A stretch of DNA of 24,035 bases from Thermodesulfovibrionia bacterium. GTDB lineage: Bacteria; Nitrospirota; Thermodesulfovibrionia; Thermodesulfovibrionales; SM23-35. The stretch covers positions 1 through 24,035 of the forward strand of contig JBGQMP010000001.1 in the NCBI GenBank assembly GCA_041500685.1, in the 5' to 3' direction. This document shows, piece after piece, positions 9,065-17,800 of the stretch. How positions within the stretch are numbered: the first letter of the stretch is position 1; each line of letters opens with the position of its first letter. The translations under genes and the position numbers were made by a program. Below the pieces are notes generated by a model. The model did not search any database. It was not told the DNA's origin and worked only from the letters and a program-made list of their open reading frames with translations.

Positions 9065-11491
9065 ATGCCTGATAAACTGAGTGTTGGTGAGCTTTATAAG
9101 TGCTGTGACCCGAATGCCTTTACCTTTAACACAACAGATGATCTGCCAGTCTTTTACGGAACGATAGGGCAGGAGAGGGCTTTAGATGCACTTGATTTTG
9201 GCCTGAGCCTTGAGAGCACGGGATTTAACATATTCCTCCTCGGTGAGAATGGTACAGGCAGGATGACCACAATCAAATCAATCCTTGCAGAGAAGGCGAC
9301 AGGTGAACCTGTACCTCCTGACTGGTGCTATGTTTACAATTTTAAAGATCCTGATACTCCTATAGCCATCTCTCTTGAACCAGGCAAAGCTTCATTATTT
9401 CAGAGAGATATGGAGGAACTGATCAAAATACTCAAGGTTGAAATTCCTAAGGTCTTTGAATCAAAGGAGTATGACAAACAGAAGAACAAAATAATGGAAG
9501 ATGCCCAGAAGAAACAGAAAGACATTTTTTCCAGCCTCGAAGAAGAGGCCAAGGAGAAAGGTTTTTCCCTGAGAAAGACAGTCAGTGGATTGGTAATCAT
9601 ACCTGTAAAGAAGACGGGAGAACCACTGACAGAAGAGGAGTATGGGTTACTCGATGAAAAGACAAGGGAAAAGATAGATGAGATAGGGAAGACTCTTCAG
9701 GAGAAGCTTAATGATGCCGTGCATGTTGTGCGAGAGGCTGAAAAATTGGTTAAGGAACAGATTACGAGGCTTGAGAAAGAGGCGGCCCTCTCAGCGGTAG
9801 GCCATCTTATTGATGAACTCAAGGTCAAGTACAGAGAGTATGAGAAGATTATTTCCTATCTCGATGATGTAAAAGAGAATATCCTCGAAAACCTCAGTGA
9901 CTTTACGGTTCCAGAAGAACAAGCCCCTGCTTTGCCCTTTATGAGGCTTCCGAAAACAGAGCCTACGTTCACGAGGTACACCATCAATGTCCTGGTTAAC
10001 AATAAAGATTGCAAGGGTGCACCTTTTATATTTGAAAGTAATCCGACGTATTTCAATCTCTTTGGGAGGGTTGAACATAAATTTCAATATGGAATTGCTA
10101 TAACAGATTTTTCGATGATTAAGGGAGGCTCGCTGTATAAGGCAAATGGAGGTTATCTCGTCATCGATGCCCTTGACCTTTTAAGAAACATCTTTGCTTA
10201 TGATGCATTAAAAAGAGCGATTCGCAATCAAGAGGTTAAGATAGAAGACGTCTGGGAGCAGTATCGGTTGATTTCAACAACGACCCTAAAACCTGAAGCA
10301 ATACCTCTGGATGTCAAGGTTATTCTTGTAGGCAACCCTTTTCTCTATTATCTCCTCTATAACCTCGATGAAGAGTACAGAGAACTTTTTAAGGTTAAGG
10401 CCGATTTTGACAGCAGGATGGAGAGGACAGATGAGAATATTCATAAATACGCATCTTTTGTTGCAATGAGGTGTAAAGAAGAAAAACTCCTTCCTTTTGA
10501 CAGGACAGGCGTTGCAAAGGTCGTTGAGGTTGGATCGAGGCTTGCAGAGCACCAAAATAAGTTGACTTCGAGGTTCAGTGAGATTGCCGATATTATCAGA
10601 GAGGCAAGCTACTGGGCGTCAAAATCCAATGGCAGGATTGTGACCGAAACCCATGTCCAGAAAGCCATAGATGAGAGAATATACAGGACAAACAGAATTG
10701 AAGAACGCTTGAGGGAGATGATCCTGGAAGGTACTCTCATTGTTGATACAGAGGGAGAGAAGGTAGGACAGGTTAATGGCCTTGCCGTGCTTGACTTAGG
10801 CGACTACAGCTTTGGAAAACCTTCGAGGATAACTTCAAGGGCATATGCTGGTAAGGCAGGTGTCGTGAATATCGAGAGAGAGACAAAGATGAGCGGCAGG
10901 ATACATGAAAAGGCAATACTCATCATAACAAACTATCTCGGGAGCACATATGCCACGAAAAAACCAATAAGCCTTTCAGCATCTATTACCTTTGAACAGC
11001 TTTACGACATGGTGGAAGGTGACAGCGCAACTTGTGCAGAGTTATATGCACTCCTGAGCAGTATTGCGAATGTTCCCTTGAAACAGGGCATTGCTGTTAC
11101 CGGCTCGATGGATCAGCATGGAGATGTTCAACCCGTTGGCGGGATAAATGAAAAGATCGAGGGTTTTTTTGACCTTTGTAAGTTCAGGAACCTCGATGGT
11201 AACCAAGGGGTGATAATACCGAGGAGAAATATCAAAAACCTCATGATAAAAAAGGAATTAGTTGATGCCATGAAGGAGGGGAAATTTACTATCTATCCCA
11301 TAGATAGAGTCGAAGAGGGCCTCGAGATACTTACTGCTATGCCTGCGGGCACGTTAAAAGACGATGGTACATACCCTGAAGGTACCATCAATTATCTTGT
11401 TGTAAAGCGCCTTACAGAAATATCAGAGGCGGTAAGAGAGAAGAAAGAGGAAGAGAAAGAGGAAGAGAAAGAGAAAGAGAAAAGGGATTAA
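9065..11491 (+). CDS. lonC: Lon-like protease, LonC type (AAA_32-like module plus Lon_C domain)
   Basis: IGQERA, FESNPTYFNLFG, GGSLYKANGGYL, GQVNGLAV, EGDSA (Ser654) and GGINEK (Lys697), 43 residues apart as in the Lon dyad; degenerate Walker A GENGTGR; GGAGGT SD. Confidence 0.88.
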   Translation: MPDKLSVGELYKCCDPNAFTFNTTDDLPVFYGTIGQERALDALDFGLSLESTGFNIFLLGENGTGRMTTIKSILAEKATGEPVPPDWCYVYNFKDPDTPIAISLEPGKASLFQRDMEELIKILKVEIPKVFESKEYDKQKNKIMEDAQKKQKDIFSSLEEEAKEKGFSLRKTVSGLVIIPVKKTGEPLTEEEYGLLDEKTREKIDEIGKTLQEKLNDAVHVVREAEKLVKEQITRLEKEAALSAVGHLIDELKVKYREYEKIISYLDDVKENILENLSDFTVPEEQAPALPFMRLPKTEPTFTRYTINVLVNNKDCKGAPFIFESNPTYFNLFGRVEHKFQYGIAITDFSMIKGGSLYKANGGYLVIDALDLLRNIFAYDALKRAIRNQEVKIEDVWEQYRLISTTTLKPEAIPLDVKVILVGNPFLYYLLYNLDEEYRELFKVKADFDSRMERTDENIHKYASFVAMRCKEEKLLPFDRTGVAKVVEVGSRLAEHQNKLTSRFSEIADIIREASYWASKSNGRIVTETHVQKAIDERIYRTNRIEERLREMILEGTLIVDTEGEKVGQVNGLAVLDLGDYSFGKPSRITSRAYAGKAGVVNIERETKMSGRIHEKAILIITNYLGSTYATKKPISLSASITFEQLYDMVEGDSATCAELYALLSSIANVPLKQGIAVTGSMDQHGDVQPVGGINEKIEGFFDLCKFRNLDGNQGVIIPRRNIKNLMIKKELVDAMKEGKFTIYPIDRVEEGLEILTAMPAGTLKDDGTYPEGTINYLVVKRLTEISEAVREKKEEEKEEEKEKEKRD

Positions 11492-11517
11492 TGCAATCCT
11501 GCCCTTAGATGTTCATT

Positions 11518-11548
11518 GAAGGCCGATGAATTTTTCGGCCTTCCGCTT
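11518..11548. terminator. Hairpin terminator between convergent lonC and hydrolase-like gene A
   Basis: GAAGGCCGA (11518-11526) / TCGGCCTTC (11535-11543), 9-bp stem, followed by CGCTTTT. Confidence 0.7.
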
Positions 11549-11568
11549 TTCTATGCATGAAGAAGGTC

Positions 11569-12588
11569 TCATTTTTCATTTAGCTTTAGGTCATAATCAG
11601 CATACTTGATATCTTCTTCATAGTCGGGATTTTTAATATCAACACTATAAATTTCCATATAGCTGGCTCCGGCATCAAGTCCTTTATTTATGGCTTCACG
11701 CAAGGTGCCACCAAATCTTTCTTTATCATCCGTATCACAAAGCATCTGAAAACCTACGTTTGCATAATTGGCATAGTCTTGAACTATCTGGTAAAGAGGA
11801 AAAGATTTGCCTATTTTGGCTGATAACCAATCGCCCTGGATACATAACCTGTCACCTAACTTCCCGTAGCCATAGCTCAGTATCTCCTGTACTACCCTCA
11901 AACTATCGCCAAAAGATACCGGCTGGGCAATGTTAATGGCCAGAGGAGTATCCGGAAATGCTTCTGCATAGGCATCAATTACGGTCATCCATGCCCAAAT
12001 GAGTTTCTCTTCTGTATAGCCCAATGATGACCAGAGTTCCTGATTATCCTTTTCCGGAAGATGCATTTCTCCATACTTACACGGTCCTGTCATATGAACC
12101 ACGACTATATCAGGATCATTGCTATACCGAATGCCTAATTTGCTGATGAATTGAACCCATTCCGTCAAATAAACCTCATCCCATGGAAGAGGCATGGAGA
12201 TTGTTTTGTCTTTATCTGTAAAATAATATCTGTTAGCCCCTTCAGCATAGACCCAGTCCGGAGTGAATTTACCGGCCCAGACCCTGATCATTATCTTTTT
12301 GCCGTGTCTGTGAGCTTTTCTAATGTTTCTATCAAGATATCTCCAATCATAAATACCTTTCTGAGGCTCTATTTTCTTCCAGGGCACACGCAGTGACAAA
12401 CCAGTCACTTCTTGGTTGGAAAGCACCTTTGATGAGAAAGATTTTCCCAACGCGTATACCCCGCCTATTTCCCCTGATTGTGCGAACGCAGGAGTAAGCA
12501 GGGAAAAGCAAATCAACAAATGAACTATCACTCCGAAAAACACAGTTGCTAAAGTTCGCATATGCAATCTGAAATAGAAGATGAACAT
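11569..12588 (-). CDS. Secreted glycoside-hydrolase-like TIM-barrel protein (GH-A clan/GH42-like), paralog A
   Basis: Signal peptide ending AFA|QS; GLSLRVPWKKIEPQKGIYDWRYLD, TPDWV, PLPWDEVYL, GEMHLP, GFQML, YMEIY. Start may instead be ATG at 12561. Confidence 0.72.
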   Translation of the reverse strand: MFIFYFRLHMRTLATVFFGVIVHLLICFSLLTPAFAQSGEIGGVYALGKSFSSKVLSNQEVTGLSLRVPWKKIEPQKGIYDWRYLDRNIRKAHRHGKKIMIRVWAGKFTPDWVYAEGANRYYFTDKDKTISMPLPWDEVYLTEWVQFISKLGIRYSNDPDIVVVHMTGPCKYGEMHLPEKDNQELWSSLGYTEEKLIWAWMTVIDAYAEAFPDTPLAINIAQPVSFGDSLRVVQEILSYGYGKLGDRLCIQGDWLSAKIGKSFPLYQIVQDYANYANVGFQMLCDTDDKERFGGTLREAINKGLDAGASYMEIYSVDIKNPDYEEDIKYADYDLKLNEK

Positions 12589-12721
12589 GCCTAATATTAG
12601 GAAGATTCAGACAAAAGAGCGGTGACTTAAAACACATTGTCAAATTTTTCTGAGAATGTCAGAGGGCTATCAAGGGGGGAATAGTGTAAAGAACACCCAC
12701 TGGCGTTTTGCTACTCACCAG

Positions 12722-12904
12722 TGTGCTGTCTGTAGCACTTCTTTAGAGTGTCATTGCGAGGGACAAAGTCCCGAAGCAATCTCACTACGAGATTGCTCGC
12801 GGAGTTTATCCTGAGTAGGAACTACAAGATTCTTCACTTAGTTCAGAATGACTCACGAAGGGCTTGGAATGACCCAGCAGTAAAGTTATTTAGCTGACAG
12901 GACA
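12722..12904. mobile_element. MITE-like cassette A carrying a nested REP doublet
   Basis: Ends GTGTGCTGTC (12721-12730) / GACAGGACAC (12896-12905), 9/10 IR; internal TGTCATTGCGAG...AAGCAATCTC and GAGATTGC...GGAATGAC (12749-12873). Confidence 0.55.
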
Positions 12905-12907
12905 CCG

Positions 12908-13060
12908 TGTAGTGTATCCATGAACGCTTTACAATCTTGTCATTCCGGACTTGATCCGGCCTACGACTCATGGAGAATCCAGTTTTTTTGCTTTTGGATT
13001 CCCGTTTTCACGGGAATGACAGGAGGAGCGTTATTGTAAAGATGAGTTAGATACACAACA
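12908..13060. mobile_element. MITE-like cassette B carrying a REP doublet
   Basis: Ends GTGTAGTGTATC (12907-12918) / GATACACAACAC (13050-13061), 11/12 IR; internal TGTCATTCCGGACTTGATCCGG...TGGATTCCCGTTTTCACGGGAATGACA (12938-13021). Confidence 0.55.
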
Positions 13061-13077
13061 CCAGAAAATTCAAAGTT

Positions 13078-13106
13078 TTGATTATATCTTTGGAAAGGGG
13101 TAAAAT
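13078..13106 (+). promoter_or_regulatory. sigma70-type promoter of hydrolase-like paralog B
   Basis: TTGATT (13078-13083), 17 bp, TAAAAT (13101-13106); AGGAAGG SD before ATG 13125. Confidence 0.55.
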
Positions 13107-13124
13107 ATTTTCAGGAAGGTTAAA

Positions 13125-14126
13125 ATGACATTTATCAGGAAGATCGCCATCTTGGTTTTCTTTGTCATCATTGTTTTTCCAAGAACTTCCCCGGCAGATT
13201 CATTTTCTGTAAAAGGCGTTTACAGTCTCATGAGAGGAATGGATGCCGTAGATCCGTCTGTAGTGAAACTGCCTTTCTTGGCAGGGGTAAGCATCAGGGC
13301 TCCCTGGCGAGCTATTGAGCCTAAGGAAGGGAAAATGGGATGGGATTATTTGGACAATGCCCTCAGTGAGGTTAAAAAGGCGAATAAAAAGGCAATGTTC
13401 AGGATCCTTCCGGGAATTAATTCTCCAGCCTGGGCATACAAAAAGGGAATCCCCTCTGTAGAAATTAAAGATGTAAACCAATATCATAAAACCTACGGTC
13501 AAAAGCAAAAAATTCCCTTGCCCTGGGATGAAACCTATCTGAATGAATGGGTAAAATTTGTTTCTCAACTCGGAGCAAGATATAACTCACATGATGAATT
13601 GGTATTAGTCCATATCGCGGGGCCGACGTATCACTCCGCTGAAATGCACCTGCCGAAGAAAGCAAATGCGGAACTTATGGTGAAGGCAGGTTATACAAAG
13701 GAGAAGATAGTCACTGCATGGGAAAAGGTTATAGACGCTTATGCAAAAGCTTTTCCTGATAAAGACCTTGCCTTAAATGTAGCCATCCCGCTTAGGGAGG
13801 ATGGAGCGATGGAAGAGATAATACAATATGGAATCTCAAAATTAGGGAAACGCTTGTGCATACAGGGGAACTGGTTAAGCGCTAAGACACTTGGATCTTT
13901 CCATCCATACAGGGTGATACGCGAGTATGGGAAGAAATATGGTGTAACCGTTGGATTCCAGATGTTGGACTCTGCTAAAGACAAACCTGAACGGCAGGGC
14001 TCACTCGAGACATCTATAGAACAGGGGCTGAAAGCCGGAGCGCACTATTTTGAGATATATCAGGCAGACATCAAAGAGCAAAAGAACAAGGCATTATTTG
14101 ATAAACTTGATAAAAAGCTGAGATAG
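13125..14126 (+). CDS. Secreted glycoside-hydrolase-like TIM-barrel protein (GH-A clan/GH42-like), paralog B
   Basis: Signal peptide MTFIRKIAILVFFVIIVFPRTSPA; GVSIRAPWRAIEPKEGKMGWDYLD, SPAWA, PLPWDETYL, AEMHLP, GFQML, YFEIY, colinear with paralog A. Confidence 0.75.
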   Translation: MTFIRKIAILVFFVIIVFPRTSPADSFSVKGVYSLMRGMDAVDPSVVKLPFLAGVSIRAPWRAIEPKEGKMGWDYLDNALSEVKKANKKAMFRILPGINSPAWAYKKGIPSVEIKDVNQYHKTYGQKQKIPLPWDETYLNEWVKFVSQLGARYNSHDELVLVHIAGPTYHSAEMHLPKKANAELMVKAGYTKEKIVTAWEKVIDAYAKAFPDKDLALNVAIPLREDGAMEEIIQYGISKLGKRLCIQGNWLSAKTLGSFHPYRVIREYGKKYGVTVGFQMLDSAKDKPERQGSLETSIEQGLKAGAHYFEIYQADIKEQKNKALFDKLDKKLR

Positions 14127-14156
14127 ATTACTATATTCTTCAGAATTCTTCAGACT

Positions 14157-14299
14157 TACTAAGGAGTTCATAAGTAAGGGCACGTAGTATGTCATTCCCG
14201 CTTGTCGGGAATCTTTCTTAAAGCACCAGAAGGATTGCGGACAAGCCGCAATGACAGAAATTAGTAGAGAATGTGGTTTTACTTTTGGTCTTATTAGTA
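14157..14299. mobile_element. MITE-like cassette with TA-starting TIRs carrying a REP doublet
   Basis: TIR 14157-14177 vs 14279-14299 (16/21); internal TGTCATTCCCGCTTGTCGGGAATC (from 14190) and GGATTGCGGACAAGCCGCAATGACA (14232-14256). Confidence 0.55.
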
Positions 14300-14348
14300 T
14301 CTGTGGGCAAATACCACATATGCCCTTTCCAGACAGCTCTCATATCGT

Positions 14349-14373
14349 TGTCATTCCGGCTTGACCGGAATCC
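14349..14373 (+). repeat. TGTC-tagged REP-like hairpin overlapping the GIY-YIG stop codon
   Basis: TGTC-ATTCCGG-CTTGA-CCGGAAT-CC. Confidence 0.9.
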
Positions 14374-14661
14374 TTCCGAGAATATCTTCATATAAATCCC
14401 TCAGGTCAGGATTATTCTTCCTGATAAGTTCTATCCTCTCCTGCTTGCTCATATTCTTTATCTGTCCCTTATAATCGCACTGAGACTGTTCTAACAAAAC
14501 TCAAAATGTACAAGTCTGTGCAAATAATATCTCGCTGTAAAGCACCGAGGGTTAAGATTGTTCTTATGCTCATAGACTCTTCGTACCAGATCATCTGTCA
14601 TCCCCACATAGAGGGTCGGCCTGGCATTAGCCATGATGTACACCGCAAAGTGTTTTTTCAT
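14351..14661 (-). pseudogene. Small standalone GIY-YIG nuclease (about 104 aa), inactivated
   Basis: Hand translation: [64 protein letters not shown][frameshift]QIKNMSKQERIELIRKNNPDLRDLYEDILGRIPVKPE*. In-frame TAG at 14491-14493; frameshift at 14465/14464. Confidence 0.9.
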
Positions 14662-14679
14662 TATAAAGCCGCATCAATC

Positions 14680-14783
14680 TGTCGTGCCGGCGCTTGTCCT
14701 CGCTTTGCCAAGGATCGGTCCAGCATTCTTCTTCAGAGAGATTCCGGTCAACCCGGAATGATACCCGACAAGCAAGAATGACA
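14680..14783. repeat. Degenerate nested REP cluster upstream of the GIY-YIG pseudogene
   Basis: GATTCCGGTCAACCCGGAATGA (14740-14761) is a near reverse complement of the 14349 hairpin; TACCCGACAAGCAAGAATGACA (14762-14783) and TGTCGTGCCGG (14680) are further decayed units. Confidence 0.75.
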
Positions 14784-14816
14784 AGAATTTCCACACAAAA
14801 CCGGAAGAACCGATTA

Positions 14817-17800
14817 CTATTTTTCCCATAGATAGATCTTTGATCTATAGCTTTCATAAACAACTTTAAAAGTTTGTTTTATGTAATCCACGGTTTTCCT
14901 GTCGTTTTCTTTTGGTAACTCGTAGTCAGGGTCAGACACAAACCAGACTCTATTATGTTTTGCTGTTATTTCTTTCAGTTCGTCCGGATTTTTTATGATA
15001 GGAGTACCAATGTATTTATCAATGAGACCCGGATATCCGCCCTCGCTTGTATCGAAAAACATTACTAACCTCAGGTAGGTTGAAATAGCGTAATCTGCTT
15101 TAATTTTATCATAATATTCCAGAGGAAATGATCTTACCATAATAAAGATATCTCCTTTCTTCATGTTTTCTTTTATGTATTTGGAAGTAGACTTAAAGTC
15201 GGTCCAGGTGACATCTTCTCGAACGTGATCTGGCGGGACAGAAGGGGTTTTAGAAAGCAAATAGAGTTTCAGAAAGGTGGTATTGGATGCGAGGAATATT
15301 GTCATCGATAACGCTATCAATGACAAAGAGGTTGAGAATCTGACGACGGTACTTTTTTCATGAACCATGCTTCTGAAAGAATTCATGAATATAATAATTA
15401 TAGCGGAGCCGGTGAGTATCAAGAATGGTTCAAGATTATAGATATAACGAGGAGCATTCACAGGCAAAAGATTGGTAAGACAGAGAGCGGGGACAAAAAG
15501 TATGATGTAAAGGTATCTTAAGGGTTTGTATTTTAAGAGCAGAAAAATACCCGCAATCAGGAACATAGTGAATAACCAGTTATTTTCAGTGAAGAAAAAA
15601 TGATCGATGTAGAAATAGGGGTCATACATCGGATCAAGGAAAAATAGTTTCGGAAGAGAAATATCTGCAATTTTTCCATTAATGAGGAGATAGGCATTTA
15701 AATACAGAATCCTCCTGCTCTGTTGTATGAATACAGTTAAGAATATTAAAGCAAAACTGGCCCATGCATGTTTGTTCCTGAGCCACGAGAGGTCAGATCC
15801 CTTATGGACTACTATTGCCGCCAGCATGGCAACAAGGAGAAAACCGGAGCCTTCCCAGCTTAAATACATCAGACTAAAGGATAGAGCTGTTAAATAAAGG
15901 AATCTTTTCTTTAAGGGGTTTGCATCTATTGCCTTGTATAGGAATAGAATAGTAAGACTTGTCAGGAACTGTGTCAGTTGAGGGTAAAAAACGGATTGGC
16001 TCCAGATTATGCAGGAGGGCAGAAAGGTTTGTACAGCAGCAGCTAATAATCCTGTTAATCTGTTAAATAGGGTTTTACCGAGGACATAAAGGAGCAATAT
16101 CTCAAGTGTTCCCCAGAATGCTGAATGTAATCGTCCTGCGTAGTCGTTAAATCCAAAGAGGCGCACAGGGACAGAAATAGAGTAAGGCAAAAGTTCGTAT
16201 GTAGTCATCGGTTTTACATAGGGGCCGATCACTTTCGAGGGGAATCCTCTATCCAAAAGGCCCTGCGTATATTCCATCATTGAAACCTCATCGTGATTCA
16301 GGGATAAATACGTAAGCCCATGTATTCTCATGAGGAAACCTACAATTATCAAGCATATTACAAGAAATGAAAAAAGAAGATTTGCTGATTTTCTGGACTC
16401 TCTGAGTACATCTTTGATCTTATATCTCTTTATCCTTGTACTTATGAACTCAGCAGATCGAAGAAGAAATAAGATTAAGAGTGAAACAAGAACGTACTTC
16501 AACTGGAAGGGGAATGAGCTATCAAATCTGACATCAAATTTTAACAGATAGATAAAGAATATAAAAAGTAAGGAAGGCATGTGTAATACACCATCTGTAA
16601 ATAGACGGTCTGACAAATTAGCATTGTCAATCTTGGCATATAAAAAGGCAATGATGAACCAGATGCACAACATGACAGTTATGACAGAAATTATGAAAGT
16701 AAGGAATTTTAAAAACTCTTGTACAATATGTGCAAAAGTAAAATCCATTTTCTTAATGCTTTTTGAGAGAACACCCCAGGGTTGGGATGGATATTCTGAA
16801 AGCAGTAGCGGTACTTTCCATGCAGACGAGTTAATATCCGGAATGTATTTTTCCGGAATTATATTTGATATAGTCCTCCATGTTGTATCAGCCGTTAAAG
16901 TGATTACTGAATTGCGATCATGGATATAACCCTCAACAAATAGACCCGGGGCAGTATCCCCGACTGTGACGCCTACGCCAATGGTATTTTGCCCGGAATG
17001 TAACAATAGGGTTAGATCATATATATCCAGACTTCCTTCAAAGAGATTGCCTTTTTTTACCGGTGTGCCATTTATGGTCAAGTCATAGATCGAACTTCCT
17101 GCGATTCCAACGATAGCATCCTTAACGGGTGACCTCAATGTAAATGATTTCAGGAAATATGCGGACCTTACAGTTGGTTCAGGATGCCACATCCAACATC
17201 CCGAAAGAGGCTTACCAAGTATGTAAGGTGCTATTCCCGACGTATACACCGGATATGAAGTAGATGTTCCCTCTATTTGTGCCTGCTTCCATCTTGAATG
17301 GTCGAAGTTGTGGAAGTACCATAGAATACCGTCCTGACGACCCTGTGTTTCTTCTACAGAAGAGACCTTCCATGTCCCATCTGTTACAAAAATATGTTCC
17401 CTCCCTGTAAGGTCGGTATATCCTCCCTTGAGAAGGAGTCTGGGGGGGCCTGGATAGCTCATTCGATAAACATATGTTGCAACTACATTCTTACCATGCC
17501 TTATCTTACCTGTTACATTATGGATGTCAGACAGATTCACTGACAAAAAGGTATCTACAGCAATTTTCTCCTCATTTACAAAAAGCTCTGCATTGTCAGT
17601 TGCAGCTATGGAAATCCATGCATCGGCGACATTATCAGGGATAAAGATTTCTTTGACAAAGTAGCCGTTTGGCGTTTTGTCGCCGGTGCTTATCCACTGA
17701 GCTCCGTTAAAATCGAGACTGTAACGATGCGGAGGATATTCAAAAATTATATGCCATAAAATATAACCGATGGAGAAACCGAGTAGAACCACCGGGATTA

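Noticed and set aside
12638-12643. TTGACA on the minus strand upstream of hydrolase-like gene A
   Set aside because: No plausible -10 hexamer at 16-18 bp.
14491-14493. TAG in the GIY-YIG gene as pyrrolysine or stop-codon recoding
   Set aside because: A separate frameshift follows about 26 nt later, and other genes here end in TAG (for example 8014, 14126), so it is a real stop.
14506-14781. 91-aa plus-strand ORF (and 14627-14863 minus ORF)
   Set aside because: Antisense shadow of the GIY-YIG pseudogene and read-through of REP sequence.
17442-17448. G7 tract in the GT-C gene as a phase-variation switch
   Set aside because: Short, in frame, and explained by Gly-Pro-Pro codons.
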